This document shows, piece after piece, positions 1 through 7,928 of a stretch of 64,000 bases of DNA (the stretch's first letter is position 1; each line of letters opens with the position of its first letter). The DNA comes from Curvibacter sp. GWA2_64_110. Lineage in GTDB: Bacteria; Pseudomonadota; Gammaproteobacteria; Burkholderiales; Burkholderiaceae_C. The stretch spans positions 30,593 through 94,592 of the forward strand of contig MGPC01000037.1 in NCBI GenBank assembly GCA_001797315.1. The letters run 5' to 3'. The position numbers and the translations under genes are program-made. The notes under the pieces were generated by a model. It worked only from the letters and a program-made list of their open reading frames with translations, made no database searches and was not told the origin of the DNA.

Positions 1-1841
1 GGGCAGGAAAAATTCTCCGCGTCGATCTGAGCAAGGGCACCGTGACCTCGGAGCCGCTGAACATGGATTGGGCGCACGCGTACCTCGGCTCGCGCGGCCT
101 GGGCTCCAAATACCTGGTGGAAGAAGTCGACGCCAAGGTCGATCCGCTGTCGCCGGGCAACAAGATCATCTGGGCCACCGGCCCGCTGACCGGCACCATG
201 GCCTCCACCGGCGGGCGCTACACCGTCATCACCAAGAGTCCGCTGACCGGCGCCATCGCCTGTTCCAACTCGGGCGGCTACTGGGGTGCCGAGCTCAAGA
301 TGGCGGGCTGGGACATGGTGATCTTCGAGGGCAAGAGCCCGAAGCCGGTGTACCTGTACGTGAATGACGACGTGGCCGAACTGCGCGACGCGACCCACCT
401 GTGGGGCCAGAGTGTGTGGCAGACCGAGGAGCTGCTGAAGAAGGGCCTGCAGGACCCGCTGGTGCGGGTGTCGAGCATCGGCAAGGCGGGCGAGAACGGT
501 GTGCTGTTCGCCGCCGTGGTGAACGACCTGCACCGCGCCGCCGGCCGCTCCGGCGTGGGCACGGTGATGGGAGCCAAGAACCTGAAGGCCATTGCGGTGC
601 GCGGCACCAAGGGCGTTGGCAACATCCGCGACCCCAAGGCCTTCATGAAGGCGATTGCCGAGAAGAAACAGATCCTCAAGGACAACGCCGTCACCGGCCA
701 GGGCCTGCCGGCCTACGGCACCCAGGTGCTGATGAATGTCATCAACGAGGTGGGGGCGCTGCCCACGCGCAACCACCAGGACGTGCAGTTCGAAGGCGCC
801 AAGGACATTTCGGCCGAGGCCATGGCCACGCCGCGCAAGACCGACGGCAAGAAGCAGCTGGTGACCAACCAGGCCTGCTTCGGCTGCACCATTGCCTGCG
901 GGCGCATCAGCAAGATGGACGAGGGCCACTTCACCGTGGCCAACAAGCCGCAGTACTGGGGCGCCTCCGGCGGCCTGGAATACGAAGCAGCCTGGGCGCT
1001 GGGCGCGGCCAATGGCGTGAACGACCTCGAATGCCTGCAGTACGCCACCATGGTCTGCAACGAGGAAGGCATCGATCCCATCAGCTTCGGCGCCACCGTG
1101 GGTGCGGTGATGGAACTGTATGAAAAAGGCGTGCTCACCAAGGAGCAGATCGGCATCGAGGCGCCGTTCGGCTCGGCCAAGGCGCTGGCCTTCCTGGTGG
1201 ACGAGACGGTGCACGGCCGCGGCTTCGGCAAGGAGATCGGCCAGGGCAGCAAGCGCCTGACGGCCAAGTACGGTCACCCCGAGTTGTCCATGACTTCCAA
1301 GGGCCAGGAGTTCCCGGCTTACGACGGGCGCGGCATCCAGGGTATCGGCCTGGCCTACGCCACCAGCAACCGCGGCGGCTGTCACCTGCGCGGTTACACC
1401 ATTGCCTCCGAGGTGCTGGGCATTCCGGTCAAGACCGATCCGCTGGCGCACGAGGGCAAGCCGGAACTGGTGAAGGCCTTCCAGGACGCCACCGCTGCCT
1501 TCGATTCGTCGGGCCTGTGCATCTTCACCACCTTCGCCTGGGGCCTGGCCGACCTGGCGCCGCAGCTGCAGGGCGCCATCGGCGAGCAGTACACCACCGA
1601 AGAACTGGAGAAGATCGGCGAGCGGATCTGGAACATGGAGCGCGAGTTCAACAACCGCGCCGGCCTGACGTCCAAGGACGATTCGCTTCCCAAACGCCTG
1701 CTGACCGAGCCGGCCAAGACCGGCCCGGCCAAGGGCAGGGTCAACGAACTGGCCAAGATGCTGCCCAAGTACTACGAGGTGCGCGGCTGGGACAAGGAAG
1801 GCCGGCCCACCGCCGAGACCAAGAAGCGCCTTGGGTTGTAG
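1..1841 (+). CDS. aor: Tungsten-type aldehyde:ferredoxin oxidoreductase (AOR family) catalytic subunit; 5' end cut by window edge
   Basis: The frame of ORF 42..1841 stays open back to nt 3 (AGKILRVDLSKGTVTSEPLN, the canonical AOR N-terminus lacking only a few residues). AOR-family blocks run throughout (GRYTVITKSPLTG, CFGCTIACGR, SNRGGCHLRGY, GLCIFT). Stop TAG at 1839-1841. Confidence 0.9.
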   Translation, partial: AGKILRVDLSKGTVTSEPLNMDWAHAYLGSRGLGSKYLVEEVDAKVDPLSPGNKIIWATGPLTGTMASTGGRYTVITKSPLTGAIACSNSGGYWGAELKMAGWDMVIFEGKSPKPVYLYVNDDVAELRDATHLWGQSVWQTEELLKKGLQDPLVRVSSIGKAGENGVLFAAVVNDLHRAAGRSGVGTVMGAKNLKAIAVRGTKGVGNIRDPKAFMKAIAEKKQILKDNAVTGQGLPAYGTQVLMNVINEVGALPTRNHQDVQFEGAKDISAEAMATPRKTDGKKQLVTNQACFGCTIACGRISKMDEGHFTVANKPQYWGASGGLEYEAAWALGAANGVNDLECLQYATMVCNEEGIDPISFGATVGAVMELYEKGVLTKEQIGIEAPFGSAKALAFLVDETVHGRGFGKEIGQGSKRLTAKYGHPELSMTSKGQEFPAYDGRGIQGIGLAYATSNRGGCHLRGYTIASEVLGIPVKTDPLAHEGKPELVKAFQDATAAFDSSGLCIFTTFAWGLADLAPQLQGAIGEQYTTEELEKIGERIWNMEREFNNRAGLTSKDDSLPKRLLTEPAKTGPAKGRVNELAKMLPKYYEVRGWDKEGRPTAETKKRLGL

Positions 1842-1870
1842 GGCCTGTTCACACCAATTTCACAAGATGC

Positions 1871-1969
1871 GTTGCGGATCAAGAATGTCATGCGGTAGGC
1901 GCGTAGTCGCCGCCGGAGTGATCTCCGGCAAGGCTACGCAACACCCCGCATGGCATTTTTGACCGCAAC
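1871..1969. repeat. 99-bp nested imperfect palindrome in the spacer between aor and the FAD-subunit gene
   Basis: Outer arms 1871-1895 and 1946-1969 pair at 22/24 positions with one bulge. Inner arms are GCGTAG 1901-1906 / CTACGC 1934-1939 and CCGGAG 1913-1918 / CTCCGG 1923-1928 (loop TGAT). Confidence 0.8.
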
Positions 1970-2016
1970 CCGGAGGGAACATGCTTAAAACCCCGCCACT
2001 CGTTGTTGCACTCCTA

Positions 2017-2068
2017 GCCCAGGCGGCCAGCCTGGGCGTCGTCGCGCGCCTAGATTGGCGCGGTTTTA
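2017..2068 (+). terminator. Two consecutive GC hairpins, the second followed by GTTTTAAT; weak candidate attenuator/terminator
   Basis: GCCCAGGC 2017-2024 pairs with GCCTGGGC 2030-2037. CGCGCC 2045-2050 pairs with GGCGCG 2057-2062 and is followed by a short T-run. Confidence 0.25.
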
Positions 2069-2111
2069 ATCACGTTCGCACTTGCGAAATTGGTATGAAC
2101 AGGCCCATCCC

Positions 2112-3395
2112 ATGGCGCACCATGTGATCCTGGGCGCCGGCCCGGCCGGCGTGATTGCGGCTGAAACCCTGCGCAAGCACGCACCGGCGGACCGTGTCAC
2201 GCTGGTGGGCGAGGAGCGCGAGGCGCCGTACTCGCGCATGGCGATTCCCTACCTGCTGATGGGCAACATCGACGAGCGCGGCACCTGGCTGCGCAAGGGG
2301 GAGGCGCACTACCCGTCCCTGGGGATCGACTTGCGCCAGGCACGCGCCACCCAGGTGGACACGGCGGCACGCCGGGTGCAGCTCGACAGCGGCGAGACGC
2401 TGGTCTTCGACACGCTCCTGATTGCCACCGGCTCCAACCCGGCGCGCGCGCCGATCCCCGGCATCGACCTGCCCGGTGTGCACAGCTGCTGGACGCTGGC
2501 CGATGCGCGCGCCATCCAGGCGCGCGCCACCCGGGGTGCACGCGTGCTGCAGATGGGGGCCGGTTTCATCGGCTGCATCATCATGGAGGCGCTGGCGGCG
2601 CGCGGCGTGGCCTTGAGCGTGGTGGAGATGGGCGACCGCATGGTGCCGCGCATGATGGGCCCGGTGGCCGGCGGCATGATCCGCCAGTGGTGCGAGGCCA
2701 AGGGCGTGCAGGTGTTCACCGGCACGCGGGTGGAGGCGATAACGCAGGGCAAGGACAACACGCTGGACGTCAGGCTGTCCAACGGCCAGACGCTCAACGT
2801 GGATCTGGTCATCAGCGCCACCGGCGTCAAGCCGTCGATCGGTTTCCTGGAGAACTCGGGTGTGCGCTGCCTGCAGGGGGTGCTGACCGACGAGCACATG
2901 CAGACCAATGTGCCCGGCATCTATGCGGCAGGTGATTGCGCCGAGGCCTTCGACAAGGTCAGCGGCACCACCGTGGTCAGCGCCATCCAGCCCAATGCGG
3001 CCGAGCAGGCCCGTGTGGCGGCGCTCAACATGGCGGGCCAGCGTACCGAACTGAAAGGTGTGACGCAGATCAACGTGCTCGACACCCTGGGCCTGATTTC
3101 GGCCAGCTTCGGCAACTGGCAGGGCGTGCCCGGCGGCGAGCATGCGGAACTGACCGACCTGGCCGAGGGGCGGCACCTGAGCCTGCAGTTCAAGGGCGAT
3201 GTGCTGGTGGGCTGCAACAGCGTGGGCTGGACCGAGCACGTGGGCGTGATGCGCGGTCTGGTGGAAGGGCAGATCCGGCTCGGCGCCTGGAAGAACGTGC
3301 TGCTGAAGGACCCGACGCAGCTGGTGCCGGCCTACCTGGCCAGCGCGCAGGCGCAGGGGCACTGGAGCGGCGCGTGGGACGCGCGGCGGCGATGA
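2112..3395 (+). CDS. FAD/NAD(P)-binding pyridine nucleotide-disulfide oxidoreductase family protein (AorC-like electron-transfer subunit candidate)
   Basis: N-terminal dinucleotide fold HHVILGAGPAGV, second GxGxxG (LQMGAGFIGC) and IYAAGDCA motif. Start set at ATG 2112; the ORF opens at 2082. Confidence 0.85.
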   Translation: MAHHVILGAGPAGVIAAETLRKHAPADRVTLVGEEREAPYSRMAIPYLLMGNIDERGTWLRKGEAHYPSLGIDLRQARATQVDTAARRVQLDSGETLVFDTLLIATGSNPARAPIPGIDLPGVHSCWTLADARAIQARATRGARVLQMGAGFIGCIIMEALAARGVALSVVEMGDRMVPRMMGPVAGGMIRQWCEAKGVQVFTGTRVEAITQGKDNTLDVRLSNGQTLNVDLVISATGVKPSIGFLENSGVRCLQGVLTDEHMQTNVPGIYAAGDCAEAFDKVSGTTVVSAIQPNAAEQARVAALNMAGQRTELKGVTQINVLDTLGLISASFGNWQGVPGGEHAELTDLAEGRHLSLQFKGDVLVGCNSVGWTEHVGVMRGLVEGQIRLGAWKNVLLKDPTQLVPAYLASAQAQGHWSGAWDARRR

Positions 3396-3646
3396 AAATC
3401 ACCTTCAAGCTGTTTGCGTCGCTCACCGACTACCTGCCGCCTGCCGCGCGTGGCGACAACCGGATCGAACTGGAGGTGGCGCCCGAAGCCAGCATCAGCC
3501 AGATCATCGAACCTTTCGGCCTGCCGCCCAGGCTGGTGCACCTGGTGCTGTTGAACGGCCATTACATCACCCCGGAGCAGCGCCTGAGCCGCACCCTGGT
3601 TGAGGGCGACGTGCTGGCAATCTGGCCGCCGATTGCGGGCGGCTGA
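3392..3646 (+). CDS. MoaD/ThiS-family ubiquitin-like sulfur-carrier protein
   Basis: 84 aa ending ...WPPIAGG-stop, the C-terminal Gly-Gly hallmark. Its ATG overlaps the upstream stop (ATGA at 3392-3395), so it is translationally coupled to the FAD subunit gene. Confidence 0.8.
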   Translation: MKITFKLFASLTDYLPPAARGDNRIELEVAPEASISQIIEPFGLPPRLVHLVLLNGHYITPEQRLSRTLVEGDVLAIWPPIAGG

Positions 3647-3684
3647 GGCCGAGGTTTGAAGTGGCCGCTTGACGCTGCCGTCAC

Positions 3685-3984
3685 ATGCAATCCTTCTACC
3701 CCGAGCGCTTCGAGCGCGACATGGCCTGCACCGAAGCCGAGTGGCTGTTATGGCTGCCGCGCGCGGTGGCGCCGCATGCCTACCAGGTCAGCGGCGCGTC
3801 GGCCCGGGTGTCGATCGGCGAGGGGGAACTCCGCTTGACGTGGCAGGTGGCGCCGCCGCGCGTCATCGCCCTGATGCGCTTGCCGCGCCTGCGGCTGGAC
3901 TTCGTCTTCAGCGGTCTGGATGAGGCGCAGCGTTACGCCTTCATGAAGCGCTTTGACCTCTACACGCAACGCGGCGGTGGCTGA
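3685..3984 (+). CDS. Hypothetical protein (99 aa), ends ...QRGGG
   Basis: GC3-rich codon usage consistent with real coding. ATG start. No family recognised. Confidence 0.6.
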   Translation: MQSFYPERFERDMACTEAEWLLWLPRAVAPHAYQVSGASARVSIGEGELRLTWQVAPPRVIALMRLPRLRLDFVFSGLDEAQRYAFMKRFDLYTQRGGG

Positions 3985-3998
3985 TTTATAAACAAAAT

Positions 3999-4049
3999 AG
4001 GCCTCCAGGCCTTGTTGTTCATGCGCGAGAAGCTATCAAAAGTGTAGCA
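3999..4049 (+). repeat. R2 short interspersed repeat, copy 1 (AGGCC...GCGC...AGCTATCAAAAGTGTAGC)
   Basis: Aligns with copies at 37586-37637 (reverse) and 48361-48410. The 5' part forms hairpin AACAA-AGGCC-TCCA-GGCCT-TTGTT between convergent genes. The 3' part encodes the last ~10 aa and the stop codon of crcB. Confidence 0.75.
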
Positions 4050-4405
4050 GTCTTGATGCCGGCCACGGTCAGCAGCAGGGAGCCGAGCAGGTGCACGGCG
4101 GCGGTGCCCAGCGCCAGCGTGTAGCGCTGCAGCTGCAGCATGGCCACCACCTCGGCCGAGAAACTGGAGAACGTGGTCAGCGCACCGAGGAAACCGGTGA
4201 CCAGCGCCAGGCGCCAGACCGGGTCGAGTTGCGGCAGCTGCTGGAACACCGCCACGCAGAGGCCCACCAGATAACCGCCGACCAGGTTGGCGACCAGCGT
4301 GCCCCAGGGCAGCAGCGAGCCCGGCGTGCTCAGCCACAGGCCGAGCCGCCAGCGCAGGAGGGCGCCGATGCAGGCGCCGAGACAGATGGCAAAGACGGGA
4401 AGCAT
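4019..4405 (-). CDS. crcB: Fluoride ion channel CrcB/FluC
   Basis: 128 aa with four TM segments and CrcB-like blocks (GALLRW, GTLVANLVGGYLVG, TGFLGALTTFSSF). Confidence 0.9.
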   Translation of the reverse strand: MLPVFAICLGACIGALLRWRLGLWLSTPGSLLPWGTLVANLVGGYLVGLCVAVFQQLPQLDPVWRLALVTGFLGALTTFSSFSAEVVAMLQLQRYTLALGTAAVHLLGSLLLTVAGIKTATLLIASRA

Positions 4406-4429
4406 GGCGGGAGTTTAGCGGCACGCTGG

Positions 4430-5728
4430 CTAGCGCATTTGCTGCGGCAGCCAGGTCACCAGGCCGGGCACGAAGTAGATCAGCAGCACGGCACCCACCA
4501 TCAGCAGGAACATGGGCAGCGAGACGCGGGCGATCCAGGGCAGCTGGCGGCCTGTCATGCCCTGCAGCACGAAGAGGTTGAAGCCCACCGGCGGCGTGAT
4601 CTGTGCCATCTCGACCACCAGCACGACGAAGATGCCAAACCACAGCGGGTCGATGCCGGCTTTTTGTATGGTGGGCATGAGCACGCCCATGGTCAGCACC
4701 ACCATGGAGATGCCGTCCAGGAAACAGCCCAGCACGATGAAGAACAGCATCAGCGCCACGACCAGACCGAGGGAGCTCAGGCCCAGGCCGCCGATCCATT
4801 CGGCCAGCTGGCGCGGGAGCCCGATGTAGCCCATGGACAGCGTCAGGAAGGCGGCGCCGGCCAGGATAAGCGCGATCATGCAGTACAGGCGCGTGGCACC
4901 CATCAGAGCGTCGCGGAAGTTGGCCCAGCTCAGTGAGCCTTGCAGGGCCGACAGCGCCAGCGCACCGACTACGCCGACGGCGGCGGCCTCGGTGGCGGTG
5001 GCAATGCCGGCATAGATGGAGCCGAGTACACCAAGGATGAGCAACACCACCGGGATCAGGCTGCTGGATGCGCGCAGCTTGTCGGGCAGGCGCATGGGTG
5101 GGTCGCGCGGGGGAACCTGTTCCGGATGGCGCAGCGCCCACAGCATGATGTAGCCGGAGAACAGCGCCGCCAGCAGGATGCCGGGGATGACGCCGGCAAT
5201 GAAGAGCTGGGCGATGGAGACGTCGGCGGCCACGCCGTAGACGATCATGACGATGGACGGCGGGATCAGCAGGCCCAGCGTGCCTGCGCCCGACAGCGTG
5301 CCGATGACCATGTGGTCCGGGTAGCCGCGGCGCAGCAGTTCGGGCAAGGTCATCTTGCCGATGGTGGCGCAGGTGGCGGCGCTCGAACCCGAGACGGCGG
5401 CAAAGATGGCGCAGCCCACCACGTTGGTGTGCAGCAGTCGCCCGGGCAGGGCCTGCATCCACGGCGCCAGGCCGCGGAACATGTCCTGGCTCAGGCGGGT
5501 GCGGAAGAGGATCTCGCCCATCCAGATGAACAGGGGCAGGGCGGTAAGTGTCCAGCTGGAGGCCGAACCCCAGATGGTGACGGCCATGGCGTCCCCCGCC
5601 GGGCGGGCCGAGAAGACCTGGATGCCGATCCACGCCACGCCCGAGAGGGTGAGGCCGATCCACACGCCGCTGCCGAGGATGAGGAACAGCGCGGCGATCA
5701 GCAGCGCGGTGACGAGCAGTTCATTCAT
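4430..5728 (-). CDS. dctM: TRAP transporter large permease subunit (DctM family)
   Basis: About 432 aa, polytopic, DctM-like sequence. Start set at MNELLVT (ATG 5728), overlapping the dctQ stop by 8 nt (ATGAATGA). Confidence 0.9.
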   Translation of the reverse strand: MNELLVTALLIAALFLILGSGVWIGLTLSGVAWIGIQVFSARPAGDAMAVTIWGSASSWTLTALPLFIWMGEILFRTRLSQDMFRGLAPWMQALPGRLLHTNVVGCAIFAAVSGSSAATCATIGKMTLPELLRRGYPDHMVIGTLSGAGTLGLLIPPSIVMIVYGVAADVSIAQLFIAGVIPGILLAALFSGYIMLWALRHPEQVPPRDPPMRLPDKLRASSSLIPVVLLILGVLGSIYAGIATATEAAAVGVVGALALSALQGSLSWANFRDALMGATRLYCMIALILAGAAFLTLSMGYIGLPRQLAEWIGGLGLSSLGLVVALMLFFIVLGCFLDGISMVVLTMGVLMPTIQKAGIDPLWFGIFVVLVVEMAQITPPVGFNLFVLQGMTGRQLPWIARVSLPMFLLMVGAVLLIYFVPGLVTWLPQQMR

Positions 5729-6236
5729 TGCGCAGCATTTCTTTTTCGCCGTTGGCCGGCGTCGTGCGGCGGCCGCGCCATTCGAGCACCAGCTCGTCAA
5801 GCATGGCCAGCGCGAACACCACCGTGCCCAGCGCCATGGCCAGTTGCGGCAGCCACAGCGGCGTGGCGTCGTTGCCGGTGGAGATGTCGTTGAAGGCGTG
5901 CGACTGCCAGGCCAGGCGGCAGCTGTAGAAGGCCAGCAGGCCGCTCAGCAGGCTGGCCGCGGCCAGGCTCCACAACTCCAGTGCCCGCCGCGCCGGCCCC
6001 TGCAGGGCATGGAGCAGCAGCGTGACGCGGATGTGCTCGCCCTTTTTCAGCGTGTGCGCCAGCGCCAGGAAACCGGCGGCGGCCATCAGGTAACCGGCGT
6101 AGGCATCGGTGCCGCTGACATGGAAGCCGAACTGCCGGCTCAGCACCGACAGCAGCACCATGCCCAGCAGACCGACCATGCACAGCGCCGCCCCCACGGC
6201 GGCGCCCCGGTAGAGCGCGTCGAGCAGGCGGCGCAT
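5721..6236 (-). CDS. dctQ: TRAP transporter small permease subunit (DctQ family)
   Basis: 171 aa with four TM segments, positioned between dctP and dctM. Confidence 0.85.
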   Translation of the reverse strand: MRRLLDALYRGAAVGAALCMVGLLGMVLLSVLSRQFGFHVSGTDAYAGYLMAAAGFLALAHTLKKGEHIRVTLLLHALQGPARRALELWSLAAASLLSGLLAFYSCRLAWQSHAFNDISTGNDATPLWLPQLAMALGTVVFALAMLDELVLEWRGRRTTPANGEKEMLRNE

Positions 6237-6240
6237 CAGA

Positions 6241-7221
6241 TCAAGGCTTGCTGAACGCGTCGACCAGGACCTTGCCGTCAGGACCGGCTTTTTCCAGCCA
6301 TTCCTTGAGCATGGTGTCGCCGACCTTCTTCATGTCGGCCTTGAGCTGGGCCGACGGCGCCAGCACCTGCATGCCGTTGGCCTTGAGTTTTTCCTTCGAT
6401 TCGGTGTTGACGCGCTGGCTGGCGGCCAGGCCACGCGCTTCGGCGGCGGCGGCGGCCTTGAGCACGGCGTCCTGCGTGGGTTTGTCCAGCGCGTCGAAGG
6501 CCTTTTTGTTCACCAGCACGCCGTTCTTGGGCAGCCAGGCCTGCATGTCGTAGTAGTACTTGAGGTGCTCGAACAGCTTGCTGTCCACGCCGGTGGCGCC
6601 CGAGGTCATGGTCGAGTCCACCACGCCGGTGGCCAGCGCCTGCGACAACTCGGCGGCCTGCACCGTGACGGGCTGGGCGCCCACCAGGTCGGCGATGCGC
6701 GCGGTGGCCGGGCTGTAGGCGCGCCACTTGGCGCCCTTGAGGTCGGCCGCGCTGTTGATCGGCTTCTTGGAGTAGATGCCCTGCGGCGGCCACGGCACGG
6801 CGTACAGCAGCACCATGCCCTGTTCGGCCAGCTTCTTCTCCAGCAACGGGCGCTGGGCCTTGTAGAGCTTGACCGATTCGTCGTAGCTGTCGGCCAGGAA
6901 GGGCAGGCCGTCGGCACCGTAGATCTGCCACTCGTTCTGGAAGTTGGCCAGCAGGATTTCGCCCGCCTGGGCCTGGCCGCCCTGCACGGCGCGCTTGATC
7001 TCGGGCGCCTTGAACAGCGAGGCGTTGGCGTGCACCGTGATCTTGAGCTTGCCGGCGGTGGCCTTGTCGACGTCGCTGGCGAACTGGACCAGGTTTTCCG
7101 AATGGAAATTGGTGGCGGGGTAGGCCGCGGCCAGGTCCCACTTGGTCTGGGCCTGGGCCAGGCCGCCGGTCAGGGACAGGGCCAGCGTCAGGCCGGCGAG
7201 GGAGAGGTGACGTCGCTTCAT
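6241..7221 (-). CDS. dctP: TRAP transporter periplasmic substrate-binding protein (DctP family)
   Basis: Signal peptide MKRRHLSLAGLTLALSLTGGLAQA followed by a DctP-like sequence. Start set at ATG 7221; the ORF opens at 7320. Confidence 0.9.
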   Translation of the reverse strand: MKRRHLSLAGLTLALSLTGGLAQAQTKWDLAAAYPATNFHSENLVQFASDVDKATAGKLKITVHANASLFKAPEIKRAVQGGQAQAGEILLANFQNEWQIYGADGLPFLADSYDESVKLYKAQRPLLEKKLAEQGMVLLYAVPWPPQGIYSKKPINSAADLKGAKWRAYSPATARIADLVGAQPVTVQAAELSQALATGVVDSTMTSGATGVDSKLFEHLKYYYDMQAWLPKNGVLVNKKAFDALDKPTQDAVLKAAAAAEARGLAASQRVNTESKEKLKANGMQVLAPSAQLKADMKKVGDTMLKEWLEKAGPDGKVLVDAFSKP

Positions 7222-7274
7222 GGGCACTCCAGATAGGTTGATGAAGAGTGGCAGGACTGTAAATCGGAGGCGAA

Positions 7275-7317
7275 AAATTGTCATAGGTATATTCCCTAAA
7301 TGCTGATAAATTGTCAA
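7275..7317 (-). promoter_or_regulatory. Divergent promoter/operator region: two direct AAATTGTCA repeats and a candidate sigma-70 promoter for dctP
   Basis: AAATTGTCA occurs at 7275-7283 and 7308-7316, 33 bp apart. On the minus strand, TTGACA (7317-7312) is followed by a 17-nt spacer and GAATAT (7294-7289). This is the only strongly AT-rich stretch in the neighbourhood. Confidence 0.4.
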
Positions 7318-7387
7318 CAAAAAGTTTTTTTGATTTTTATAATCTGCTCACCAAACCAGGGCGTTTCGCCCCACAGGAGTGCTGTTC

Positions 7388-7927
7388 ATGGTGAAAAAGT
7401 CCACTGCGTCGAAGGCCGGGCCGGGCAACCCGCCCATCGTCTCCTCGGCCCACCTGGTGTCGCCGCGCAGTGCCGAGATGAGCGAGTTCGAGTTCGGCCT
7501 CATCGTCGCCGGCAATGCCTTTCACCGCTGGATCGTGCACTGCATGTCGGCCGCCGGCCTGAAGGACCTGACACCGCTGGACGTGCTGGTGCTGCACCAC
7601 GTGACGCACCGTGCGCGCGACAAGCGCCTGGCCGACATCTGCTTCATCATGAACGTCGAGGACACGCACCTGATCAACTACTCGCTCAAGAAGCTGCAGG
7701 GCCTGGGCGTGGTGGTGTCCAGCAAGAACGGCAAGGAAGTCACCTATGCCGCCACCGACGAGGGGCGCAACTATGTGCAGCGCTACCGCGAGATCCGCGA
7801 GGGCTGCCTCATCAATGCCCTCAAGGCCGACGAGGGGCTGAACCGCGACATCGGCGAGCTGGCCCGCCTGCTGCGGGTGCTCTCCGGCGTGTATGACCAG
7901 GCGGCGCGTTCCGCGGCGAGCTTGTGA
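7388..7927 (+). CDS. Winged-helix (MarR-like) DNA-binding transcriptional regulator
   Basis: About 179 aa with a central wHTH-like segment (LTPLDVLVLHHVTHRARDKRLADICFIMNVEDTHLINYSLKKLQGLGVV). AGGAG lies 9 nt upstream of ATG 7388. Confidence 0.7.
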   Translation: MVKKSTASKAGPGNPPIVSSAHLVSPRSAEMSEFEFGLIVAGNAFHRWIVHCMSAAGLKDLTPLDVLVLHHVTHRARDKRLADICFIMNVEDTHLINYSLKKLQGLGVVVSSKNGKEVTYAATDEGRNYVQRYREIREGCLINALKADEGLNRDIGELARLLRVLSGVYDQAARSAASL

Positions 7928-7928
7928 G

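Noticed and set aside
1842-2111. A Moco/Tuco riboswitch, or a tRNA-like gene, in the structured spacer of the tungsten-enzyme cluster.
   Set aside because: I could not match the conserved Moco-motif nucleotides from memory. The spacer is internal to the cluster rather than a 5' leader. No T-loop (GTTCRANYC) or acceptor/CCA features are present. An Rfam RF01055 scan would settle it.
1981-2127. A 48-codon ORF (MLKTPPLVVALLAQAASLGVVARLDW...) with a good GGAGGG Shine-Dalgarno 5 nt upstream, overlapping the FAD-subunit start.
   Set aside because: Third-codon positions are not GC-enriched (ctt aaa cca gtt gtt gca cta...), unlike every confident gene here. It overlaps strong hairpins, so it is most likely non-coding. 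A leader-peptide role cannot be excluded without Ribo-seq.
4406-4429. A fluoride riboswitch upstream of crcB.
   Set aside because: Only 24 nt separate crcB from the dctM stop, too short for the ~60-nt crcB motif. I could not recognise the motif in the dctM 3' end, but a covariance-model scan would be needed to be certain.
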